Positions 52,758 to 64,000 of a DNA stretch of 64,000 bases are shown piece by piece; the first letter of the stretch is position 1; each line of letters begins with the position of its first letter. The DNA lies in contig NC_091979.1 of NCBI RefSeq assembly GCF_044704955.1, positions 119,412,001 through 119,476,000 of the forward strand. Reading direction: 5' to 3'. Position numbers and translations under genes: made by a program. This DNA comes from Pristiophorus japonicus (taxonomy: Eukaryota). Below the pieces are notes generated by a model. The model had not been told where the DNA came from. It saw nothing but the letters and a program-made list of their open reading frames with translations, and did no database searches.

Positions 52758-55288
52758 CAAGCAGTTGGTGTTTCTGAACCAGATCTGCTGCTTCACCACA
52801 GCCTTTTCACAATACTTTAATATTAATGTTAGTTTTGATATTCTGAAGATAGCGCCTTCAAATGCACTACAGACGAGGGGGCTCGCTGAAGTGGCGAAGG
52901 TTCAGACCCCATGGCAGTAAATAATACTGGGTTACTTTCTTATCTCTTACACATAACGCAGATTAGATGGGGAGAGGGGGTGGGGGTGAATAGAAATGTA
53001 ATTAGATTTCAGATAAATAGCCAAGCAAAGGGCAGAAATATAATGCCAGATTTATTAAACTAAAATGGCGAGCATGGATAGGAAGTGAAAGCTGGATAAC
53101 AAAAGAAAACAAAATATGAAGGAACACATAGAAACAAACAACATAGAGCAGGAAAGCAAAACATTGAATGACATTTTTTCTTAAAGGAACAGCTGAGATG
53201 TGCACGTGAGCCTGACTGCAACTTTGGAGGCCGCAGATCATAAACCTCATATTTCATTATAATGTCAGGTCTTGTATGGCTGAAGGCTTTTTCTAAATGA
53301 ATAGAAAATCTATTTATGACGTGATATAGTAGCCAGATAAGTCATACGTCCAATGGCTGTGATGGTTTGTGCAGCAAATGTTTTATTTAAATGATTTCGC
53401 AAACTAGGTATTATACTTAAAACGTAAACCCCCGGCCAATCATTTTCGTGTAACGTTTCAAGTTTATATATTTCACAGTGATTTGTTTTAGTGCGCGTTT
53501 TGATCATTTAATTCCAGTCACAGCAATAACCTCTCAATTTAACAAATAACTTAGGACAACCTAACTTAGAGGACAAGGTACCACGCTTCAATCAAAAAGG
53601 TTTGGCTTTATTGCAGAGCCCCCCCCCCCCCCCCACCCCGCCAGTTCATGCAGGCATGGGCTTTTTGGGAGGTCTCCTCACTACGTTAGATACATACTTT
53701 TTAAAAGTCTCCTGTCCAGAGATTGCGAGAAATAAAATACAATTCGTTTACGAATAAATTTGCAAATAACTAAGGAATGTTTAGCAGAGTGGTGTTAGGG
53801 TGGGAAAACTTCTAGATAGCAGACTTATATTGTATAAATATGATCTTTCACATGCTTAATGTGTAATATCGTGTATTTAACAACTATTGCTACAGTTACA
53901 ATAGTCTGATCTTCATTGTCTCAAATCGATTCTAATATTATGGAACGTTTATTGACTTAAAGAAAGGTTGGCGGTTAGTAAAGGCTAAACGTAAACATTC
54001 AGTCGCTGCTTTTTTGTTACAATTTAGCTTAGTATGATTATCTTTTTTTTCGTCGTACATGAGCTAAAATGATAATCTTATCCAGTAATGTGTGCTATTT
54101 TGCAGACAAGTGCATAAACTAAAGCCGATGTAAGCAGCAGAGTGCAGATGTAAAATGCTGACTTGCTTATTTATCTGTTGTAATTAGAACAACGAGATTG
54201 AATAGGTGCTAGTTATACTTTAACTACTCTGCCTGTCCTCTGTCATAAAGCAGAAAGATGTAACAGAAAGAAGCACATTCGCTTCGCACAAACCTCTCTT
54301 ACGTTGAAGAAAAAGAAACCAACAATGGCGAGGGAACACTTCGCTGGTTTTTCAGGTTTTGGAACTGGTCCGATCCATCATGTCCTGTGTAACACTGTCT
54401 AGATCACAGAATAAAACGGTCTGTACCCACAGCAAATGCTGCAGGCAAATAAGTCGTCTGTGACTATGGTATTTTCGCTTTTTTAAAGAGGGGCCTTTTT
54501 TGTTTCTCACCATTATAAAAATGGCCTCAATCAGTGAAGCCATCTGGAATAGCACTGTGTGTCCCACCGAGGTCTACTTATATCAAGCATGACTGGGACA
54601 TATTTAGCGTTCTTTGACTTCCATTGCTTTGAGGCTCTAGAATTTTTAAAAAGCCCTGGTAGAACACAGCTTGTTTTCCATATGATGTGAAATATTTCAT
54701 ATGATGGAGTTTATTACATTTCATAACTGTCTGTTATATCATTATTTTTGTTTAAAAAATCAAAATAGAGTAGTTACAAAATGATCATTTGTCTGCTATA
54801 GTTATTAATAGACGTGTAATGCATCATGTATTGAAATATTAATCAATAACCCTCGAAGTGGAACGTAATAACAATAATTTATACATAATCTTGAATTATA
54901 AATATTTTCTACAGATTTAGAAAATAGTTACTTCAAGTGCTGATTTTACAAATTGAAGATAATTCCTCGGATCTCAGGAAGGGCCATCGCTTAAACATCT
55001 TGTAAAATTATAAAAGTCTTCCAGAATTTGTCAAATAATATCTTTTACATTTTAACAACTTACTAATTGTCCCGTAAAATACTAATTATTCGACTTGCAG
55101 AAGAAGAAAAATCAAATTCTGCTAACGGATGTAACATGAGATTTTATTCATGAAATGCCGTTTTATGCTTTACACACTGAACTATGAGTTCCTAATGTTT
55201 CACCGTTATTGTCTTTTTTGCCTCATAACCTCCAGGACTGCTGCAGACTGGCGATTGGTGTAGTACTGCCACGTGATCGAAGGTGTCA

Positions 55289-58200
55289 ATGCTATTCGAT
55301 AAGGGTGTCAAGACCCTGTCATTTCGAAATAGCGAGATGCAAAAAACGACTTACTACGATAACTCCGGAATATTCGGTGGTTACTCCTACCAAAAGTCCA
55401 ACGCATACAGCTACAACTCTAGTCACCAGGCCTACCCGCCATCGTCTGTTGAAAATGATTATCAGAGCTCGACGTGCCCCGTTCAGACATCTAGTGTCAG
55501 AGCTCCAAACCATAAGCCCGCCGATATAAATGGCAGCTGTATGAGAACAAGTAGCAGTCAGGGCACTGCCCAGCCCCCAAGCATCAATGAACCACAGCAG
55601 CCACCTCCTTTACCACCCTCACCCAATTCAAGTAACACCTCAACACAGAAAAGAAACAAGTCTCTTGCAAATTCTTCCGCCAGCCCAGCTGCTACTCTCA
55701 CCAAGCAAATCTTCCCATGGATGAAAGAGTCTCGTCAAAATGCCAAGCAGAAAAACAACTGCACAGTTGCAGGTATCCGTCAACAGTTCACGTTTTTCAA
55801 CTTTAAACTACGTTTAGTCTCTTAACAATTAGAAAGAAAGTTTACCAAAAGAATATCACACGTAGGTGGGAGTATTTTCGCTCTAATTTACTTCCGATGA
55901 CGGGGAGTTTAGGGATCATTTCACATTTTCAGGGCATTGCATACATTTTAAAGATAAATTGTAAGCCACTGCATCTTTAGTGAACACGATAATAATATGA
56001 ACATATAAAAAAATTTCTGGTTGAGTAACTGGCATATTCTGGGAGGATTGATCAGGAGAAAGGCGATTGGCAAGAATTACTGATTGACCCTTCCCTCTGA
56101 TTCTCAAACATCACATAGGGAAATCCGAATATATGCAATCCTTAATTCAGTGGACTTAGCAATAGACAGACCAGAATCTAATAAAATACATTCATATCAA
56201 TAATTTTTTGGTATTTTTTTTACATATAAATTAATTTGATTGTATTTGATCTCATATTATTCTTTCACTCATTCACATTGCCTGCAAATGCAGAAGTTTA
56301 ATCACATATGACCTGAGTATGATATATAATAGAAATGCTTTTATGGGAGCCATATTCATATTCTAATTGTATTACCAATCGGTACAACTGAAATTTAAAT
56401 GAGAATAACAAAACACTGTTCAACCTTTACAATAAAATAAAATACATATTAAGACAACTACTCATTTCACTGTATTAATACATGATAACAGAATGTTAAT
56501 CAACCTTTTACTTCCAAACAATGCACAAAAAAGAATGAAGCTTTTCTACTCCTACATAATATTTTCTTTGGAGTGGATTTGTTAATCAACCCCAGTTTTA
56601 AGTTAATTGCCTTCACAGATCAGACGAAATGCAAGGTGGGAAACAATAATAAGCAAGTCTTAAGTTACAAAATTAAAGGTAAATACGTTTAAGTAAATAT
56701 TTTCAAAAAATTAATTCATGCAATATTTATGTTTTGTTTCCACATGTACGCTGACGGCACCCAGCTCTACCTCACACATCACTGCTCTCAATCCCACCAT
56801 TGCCTGTAAATTGTCAGAGTGCTTGTCCGATATCCAGTGCTGGATGAGCAGAAATTTCCTCCAACTAAATATTAGGAAGACCAAAGCCATTGTCTTCGGT
56901 CCCCACCACAAACTCGTAGCCATTGACTCCAACCTTCTCCCTAGCATCTGTCTGAGGCTGAATCAGTGGTGTCATATTTGATCCTGAAATTAGCTTCCAA
57001 CCACATATCCGTGGCATAACTAAGACCACCTATTTTCACCTCTGTAACATCACCTTTCTCTGCACCTGCATCAGCTCATCCGCTGCTGAAACCCCCATCC
57101 ATGCCTTTGTTACCTCTAGACTTGACTATTGCAACCCATTCCAGGCCCGCTTCCCACACTCTATTCTGCGTAAACTTGAGGTCATCCAAAACTCAACTGC
57201 CCATGTCCTAACTCAGAGCAAATCCCATTCATCCATCACCCCTGTGCTCGCTGACCTGACCTAGATTGGCTCCAGGTTAAGCAACTCCTCGATTTCAAAA
57301 TTCTCATCCTTGTTTTCAAATCCCTCCATGGTCTCACCCCTCCCTATCTCTGTAATCTCCTCCAACCTATTCCCCCCTCCCCCCGCCCCCACTCCCAAGA
57401 TATCAGTGCTCCTCTAATTCTGGCCTCTTGAGCATCCCCGATACCATTGATGGCCGTTCCTTCAGTTGCTTAGGCCCTGAGCTCTGGAATTCCCTTGCTA
57501 AATCTTTCTGCCTCTCCACCTCTCTTTCCTCCTTTAAGACATTCTTTAAAACCTATCTCTTTGACAAAGCTTTTGGTTATCTACCCTAATTTCTCCTTAT
57601 GTGGCCCGGTACCAAATTTTGTTTGATGACACTCCTGTGAAGTGCCTTGGGACATTTTACTACGTTAAAGGCACTATATAAATATAAATTGCTGTTGCTA
57701 TGTCATTGGATCTTCTGCTGGTAACCCAAGAAGAAATAGGAATAAATAGACATTCATGAATCAGTAAACAGCATTTACAGAAAGTTTAAAAGAAAAGAAA
57801 CAACTTTCATATATATAGCGCCTTTCGTGACCCCAGGGCTTCCCAAAGCGCTTAACATTCAAAGAAGTACTTTAGAAGTGTAGAAAATGACTTCTTGTAA
57901 CGTTATTGCAAGTATTAACCCACGTTTGTTTGTCATCGAAATGTTACCCTTCAAATAAGTCAGTTTTGGAGACATAATAGCCTGGGGAGCGAAATGGTTA
58001 AAGATTCTATTTATACTTATTTACTGGTTCAGTGTGAGGATAATGATGTGGGGTTTTTTAGGTAGGGCGTGCATTTTTAAACTTTTATGTATAGGTACTA
58101 ATATAATGTTTTCATTCTGTAGGTGACAATTGTGAGGATAAAAGCCCGCCAGGCCCAGCCTCCAAGAGAGTCCGTACAGCCTACACCAGCGCACAGCTAG

Positions 58201-58871
58201 TCGAACTGGAAAAGGAGTTTCATTTTAATCGTTATCTGTGCCGTCCACGGCGAGTTGAAATGGCAAACTTATTAAACCTCACCGAACGCCAGATAAAGAT
58301 CTGGTTCCAGAACAGAAGAATGAAGTATAAAAAAGATCAAAAGGCCAAAGGGATCATGCACTCTCCAGTTGGACAATCTCCAGACAGAAGTCCGCTTTTA
58401 AACGCGCCAAATAACATTGGATTCTCAAGCCAGCTCCCCACTGTCAACAGTCTGAGTTACGAAGCTCCTTCGCCAACATCTTTCACCAAATCCCAGCAAA
58501 ATATGTACGGCTTAGCTGCTTACACTGCACCTCTTAATAGCTGCCTACCCCAGCAGAAAAGGTACCCAGGCACAGAGTACGACCATCACACTATGCAGGG
58601 CAATGGTAGTTTTGCCAATCATAATTTGCAGGGCAGCCCTGTGTATGTTGGAGGGAACTTTGTTGATTCAATGCCAGCTTCTGGTCCAATGTTCAACCTT
58701 AGCCATCTTCCTCATCCTTCATCAGCCACTGTGGACTATAGCTGTGCTGCTCAAATACCAGGCAATCACCACCACGGACCTTGTGATCCCCACCCCACAT
58801 ATACAGACCTGACTCCTCATCACACATCTCAGGGAAGAATTCAAGAAGCGCCCAAACTAACACATCTGTAA
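55289..58871 (+). CDS. HOXD3: Homeobox protein HoxD3 (coding exons 55289-55772 and 58123-58871; 410 aa; downstream start at 55337)
   Basis: [25 protein letters not shown] start and [13 protein letters not shown] hexapeptide. Intron GCAG|gtatcc ... ctgtag|GTGAC. Homeodomain begins [40 protein letters not shown] and the protein ends [14 protein letters not shown]. Confidence 0.96.
56735..57698 (+). mobile_element. 5'-truncated, decayed L2-clade LINE (reverse-transcriptase 3' part plus tail) in the HoxD3 intron
   Basis: Frameshifted translation gives [12 protein letters not shown] (YADD motif, D>G), [55 protein letters not shown], which are typical L2 RT C-terminal blocks. Ends in GTGAAGTGCCTTGGGACATTTTACTACGTTAAAGGCACTATATAAAT...GCTGTTG. 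Composition shifts sharply to C-rich. Confidence 0.9.
57799..57883 (-). mobile_element. SINE-like 3' tail fragment related to the L2 tail, inverted
   Basis: Reverse complement reads CTACACTTCTAAAGTACTTCTTTGAATGTTAAGCGCTTTGGGAAGCCCTGGGGTCACGAAAGGCGCTATATATATGAAAGTTGTT. It is clearly similar to the adjacent LINE tail and resembles L2-mobilised SINE tails (family assignment from recall). Confidence 0.65.
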
Positions 58872-61800
58872 CGGACTAGCACGGTTTGCCAAGCGATGTC
58901 ACTTCGCTTTTTTATTACCTCATTTGTATCAAATATTCTCCTGCTATGAGACTGCCACAGTATTTGTCCACCACTCATTTTCTACCTGTTACGTTGCTTT
59001 TCTGTGTTTATTTGAGGGTCTACACATCAGCCGTCCCTTTTGGTAAGATCCTAGTGTAATGCAGAATGCAAATAGAGGAACGATTGCTTGAAATAGGTGC
59101 TTTTGAAGGTAAAACGTGATGGAATCGGTCTTCAGCAAACCCTTCTTAATGTGGATTTTAAAGAATAGTAATTCTACACACTACACTTTGGTGGGATTCT
59201 GTCTGTAACTGGCCTTACTGCCCAGAACTTCAGCTATGTACTTTTCAGTAATGAACGAACTGCATTGAATATCAATGATATGTATTTATTATTTTAAGTC
59301 GAAAACAAAAAAAGATTTTTCTATCACTTATTTATCCTCGTCTTAATGTATTTATGTGAGATTTATAGATCTTATACAATCTGACTTTGACCTGTTTGAT
59401 CCATGTCTGTTACAATCATATTTCTCCTCTTTAGTAAACCTGGGTTTAAACTAGATGAGAGGATAGTTTTTTGAGCAGTTGTATCAGTGGCTGGTGTTTG
59501 TAGATTATGTAAGGGTTATCTCTGAAAGCAAATTGTAAGTTATGACTGTAGTAAATCAGAGAAAATGTGACACTACACAATAGTCGACACATTTCTATAA
59601 GAATACTTTATTTCAATTGTCTGGTACTATTTCAACAGATATTTAGAATAAAAATGTGTTCTTTGAACAATCCTGTAGCCTTTATTTATGAATATATAGG
59701 CACCGCACCAGCTGTATGCTTCGCCATCTTGTCTCCTCACCTCATTAATATAACGCAAGCTGACTGCAGCCAAAGACTGGGATTTGGAACTGTTTAGCCG
59801 AGCTGCGTTCGGTTCAAATGTGCATTTGCCAAACGATATACTGCATGTTCCAATGCGACGTTATTATAAGGTGAAAAATCATTGCAACGACTTTGCATTT
59901 TGCCCAGCATTGTAAGGTTGTTGTATACATATGAAATGTTAAGAGACAGGCACACAAAATTACAAGATGCAAACAAAGAGAAAGAGAGGTTGGAGGACAA
60001 CTCGAGAAGAAACGTGGCAAAACAGCAGGATACAAATAAAGCAGAAAAAATAAAATGAAAACAAGTACATATTGGTTACTTTAACGAAAGTTGTCGTCAA
60101 TTATTATTTGTTTAAGTTTTCCCAAATGATTTGCAGTCCTGCCGTATGTAACATTTATATTAATATATATTTAAGTAAACAGTTAAATAAGCTTAATTTT
60201 TCAAATCTATTCAAAAAATTAGTCGACATTTCCACAGATATTATCTGATAAATATAGGAATAAATCCAAAAGAGTCTCTATCTGTTACCGTTATGTTACG
60301 GGGACGTCAATATTATTATGCAGCAAGCTGTGTTAGCTCTGATCCAAAGTGGCCCAATGGTGCCCAGTATCAGGTGGCTGTGAAAGGGGAGCCTGATCCC
60401 AGGCGCTAGCTGCCGCCTCTCTCCACAGCAGCCGCCCGCAGCACCGACCCACGCGGCGCCATTTTGTTTAACAAATAAAGCAGAGGCGCTGAAAGCCCTC
60501 TGGCAACAAACAAAGATATCTCCCATCCGTCGAAAAATAATTTCATTATTTTAAATGGGAAAGAAATTGTTTTCTTTCAAAAGGGCACGCACATTTAAAA
60601 ACGTCAACACTTTGGCGAAGACAGCAATCTAACTAACCATTTGTTAAATTATTTTAGAGCTTGAAGTCAGTGTAGCACTTTAAATTCTCTCCTCCAGAAT
60701 AAACTCATTTGATTTACTTTATTTTAAAACGTCTGATGTTAAGTAAGTTCTAAATATGAATGCAGTATAGATTTTAATGCACTGCACACAGCTCCTCAGT
60801 TTGTTGTCATTTTAAATGTGCCTATTATTAACGCCAACGCCGTAAAGGCGTCCAAAACCCTTGTTTAGTTAGTACACCTCCCACACTTCAAAGAATGCAA
60901 AATGTTGGCTTTGCAGGCAGACGAAAAGGAGAAAAAGCACCCACTCACACAATTTTCTGAAAGCCGGTCCAGTTTAGCAGAATTAAATAAATAAATGCAA
61001 CGCTGCATTTTGACTGGTTTAATTTTTATTATTCTCAAAACATTTTGTATATATGAGCAGAAAAAGTATGAGCAAATGTTGTGATTACTAATGTGCCAAT
61101 AATATATTATAGAATGCGCAGCCTTTGGGGTTTAAATGTCAAATAACTCGCAAGTGTTGCTATATAATGTGTAAAGTTCATAAGTCGTAACAGCTGTGAA
61201 TCGAGACAATCCGCGAGATGTTACTTCAGAAAGATTTAAATAAATGGCTTGTGGGTGTTTACGAAATCAACATTTAACATATCAACAAGAAGTCATTTGT
61301 AAACAGGCCGTGCTGCTCCAGATGAGTAAGTTAAATGGTAGTTGTTCAGAGTGTAAAAGTACCGAATAAATGGCACAATTCAAACGAAAGGGAAAAAAGT
61401 AGTTGAAAATGTTTACAATGTCTGTTTATGTTCATGGTAAAATCCAGATAGTGTATGAAAGTGATCCTGTCCTACTTGGCATTGGGCCTCACTGCCAGCT
61501 CCGACTGTCCAGGGTGCTGCTTTAGCCACAGCTTGTGTTCATTCTTCTGTAAGGAAGGGCCTTGCGATGATTGTCACAGTTCCGAAGATTAATTGATTTG
61601 TCGTTTATGACTCCACGCCATACATTTGTAAGCAGAAATCTAGACTTGAGTGTTCTTTTCTTCTCAGTAATACAGCCACCCACCAAGAAATGCAGGATGT
61701 TTTGTAATCGTACACTTTCTACTTTATAAAAGCCATTTTGCTCTACCTTACATCATAGTATGGCATGTAGAAGGCAGGGAAACGCTACCTACACCTTTAT

Positions 61801-62036
61801 ATGTTTTATTTCAGAATCATTCAGAAAGCCAGTCTTATTTTCCACTCTTGTCATTGGTTAAGGCGATCATGTGACGATAAAATCAGCCTCATCTCAACGT
61901 CGTGTCTGTGTATTCAATAGACATAGTTTAATAATAGCACGGTCCCTTAGCGTTTGTAATCAGTACATTTTATAAATATAAATTTTCAAAGAAACTGTCA
62001 AATAAGCAATTTTCTACCGATTCTGCCCGGGCAGAA

Positions 62037-63511
62037 ATGAACAACGAGTTTGAGCGAGAGGTTGGTTTTATCAATAGTGAACCATCGCTTGCCGAGTGCC
62101 TGACATCCTTTCCTCCTGTTGGCGAGACATTTCAAAGTTCATCAATCAAGAACTCGACGCTTTCACATTCGACACTGATTCCTCCTCCTTTTGAGCAGAG
62201 CTTCTGCAGCTTGGACCATGGTAACACACACCAAAATGGGAAAACCCACACTTCAAAAGGCATTGGTCGGGCCACGTTAGGGGACAAACCTCTGGAATAT
62301 CCGTGGATGAGAGAAAAGAAAAGCCACAAGAAAAAAACAGTCCCAGCGACGGGATCATTCTCGTCTTGTTCTTCTAATGAAGGTCAGGTCAATAATATTT
62401 TCCTTTACTATTTATTTTTTGTTGTTGTCAGAGGGTTGTGGTATTTAAAAAAAAATCAATTTTGAAGCAGTAATAAATGTTTCATTGACTGAAAGGTGTC
62501 ATACCAGCAAAATGCTCACTCCCCAACAATATCCAATATGTAAATAGTGAGTGCTCAAGCCTATATAACTCCTGGTATTATGTAGCTATTTACAACCTGC
62601 ACACACCAAATTCCAGGCAAGTTCTATATAATCTTTCTGTTGCCCTGCCTGGGCCATTTTTTGCTGGAAGCCTTTTGTGTCTCGAAGGCGGCCATTTTAT
62701 ATTGCTGGATTATTTGGAAAGATTAGTGATAACTTATCGAAACTTTTCCCTCCTTGCTACAGAAAACGAAGAGCTTAATGAGCCGGACACCGGGAGTCCT
62801 TTTGACAGCTCCAGGAGACTACGAACCACTTACACTAACACTCAGCTGTTGGAGCTGGAAAAGGAGTTTCATTACAATAGATACCTTTGCAGACCACGGA
62901 GGGTAGAAATCGCAGCTCTACTCGATTTAACAGAAAGGCAAGTCAAAGTCTGGTTTCAGAACAGACGCATGAAACACAAGAGACAAACTCGATTCAAACA
63001 GAGTCAAAACGCTGATTCAAAGCGCCATTTTGCGAACTGTGTTAATCAGAGTGGATTTTCCACAAGAAGTTTTGCTGAGACACCTGTAAATAAAACCTTG
63101 AATTCGTTAGAGAGCGAAAACATTGTTGAGCAAGATATTATCCATTCTGCTCATAAAAATACATTGAGTGACATCAGCAGTGACTTGCTCAGTGTTATTG
63201 GCACTTCTCTGATCTGCACTGAGGGAATCCAGAGCCACTATTTCCCTCAGAGCTCAGATGGAACAGACTGCCTGCTACCTATGCTGAAGAACTGTTCGGC
63301 TGGAACAAGCCCGAGCAGTCCGGAGAGTTTCAGCATCCCATCTCTGGAGGATTTAGACAAAATTACAATCGAACCCCGTCTAGATCTGATAGAAGAATTA
63401 CCTCAAATGTCTTTGTTGGAAAACGAGGACACACTAGTTATTCCATCCAACGTGTTTGACTTTCTAAGTGACAACTTTAGCTCCACCGATTTTCAGCAGT
63501 TGCAGTTTTAG
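62037..63511 (+). CDS. HOXD2: Homeobox protein HoxD2 (exon 1 62037-62382, exon 2 62763-63511; 364 aa)
   Basis: [27 protein letters not shown] paralog-2 N-terminus and EYPWMREKK hexapeptide. Intron GAAG|gtcagg ... ctacag|AAAAC. Homeodomain [59 protein letters not shown]. Lies directly 3' of HoxD3. Confidence 0.92.
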
Positions 63512-64000
63512 ACTGAATTCCAGCTCATGCACACATACTCCGCTGAAGTTCCTTAATATTAACAGGTTGGAAAGCCGTGCCGTTTATTACATGCCTCTTG
63601 ATCTCAGACTTTATCAACTATGGACCTTCTGCTCATGCTTGCATTATGCCATGAATGAAAGGAAACTAGTTCTGAACAAATTTAATGTAGCGCAAGAAAT
63701 AAAAGTATTTTCAGTATTTTATTTTAAATAATGTGAATATTTCAAATAACTGCAAATTTTCAAAAACTAAATACATGACTTTAAAATACAATTTATATAA
63801 TAGCTTTGTCTAAAAAAGTATTAACTTGAAAATATGCAAGAAAAAGTAAATAAAACGCATTGGAGTTGAACACGTCCATCCCGACACTGCTGATCGCCCT
63901 CAGCGCAATAGATGACCTGCCTTAGTCCAAATCCCAATCAACGATATTGCTAGAAAATAAGAAGAATAGATTAAATCAGCAACCAAACAACATAAGTGAT

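Noticed and set aside
56720-57710. Target-site duplication around the LINE
   Set aside because: Only a short TATGT-like match at both ends; too weak to call in AT-rich DNA.
63512-64000. HoxD1 at the end, or HoxD11 coding sequence at the start of the window
   Set aside because: No such coding sequence is visible; both are presumably outside the window.

Overview
This is a vertebrate HoxD cluster segment, + strand throughout, with intact two-coding-exon genes in the order HoxD10, HoxD9, HoxD8, HoxD5, HoxD4, HoxD3, HoxD2, and miR-10 between D5 and D4. Retention of both HoxD5 and HoxD2 points to a cartilaginous fish; the species cannot be fixed from sequence alone. Recognisable regulatory elements include three DR5 RAREs, a Hoxc8-type early enhancer upstream of D8, a near-perfect miR-196 site in the D8 3' UTR, a Hox4 intronic HB1-like element and a recurring CCAAT + E-box module. 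A decayed L2-clade LINE and an inverted SINE-like tail lie in the HoxD3 intron. The most interesting signal is in the 'empty' D8-D5 gap: a degenerate Antp-class homeobox where HoxD6 should be (25384-25480) and an orphan Hox7-type promoter/5' UTR with a dead start codon where HoxD7 should be (18425-18635). All homology statements are by eye and from recalled family sequences; no alignments or searches were run.
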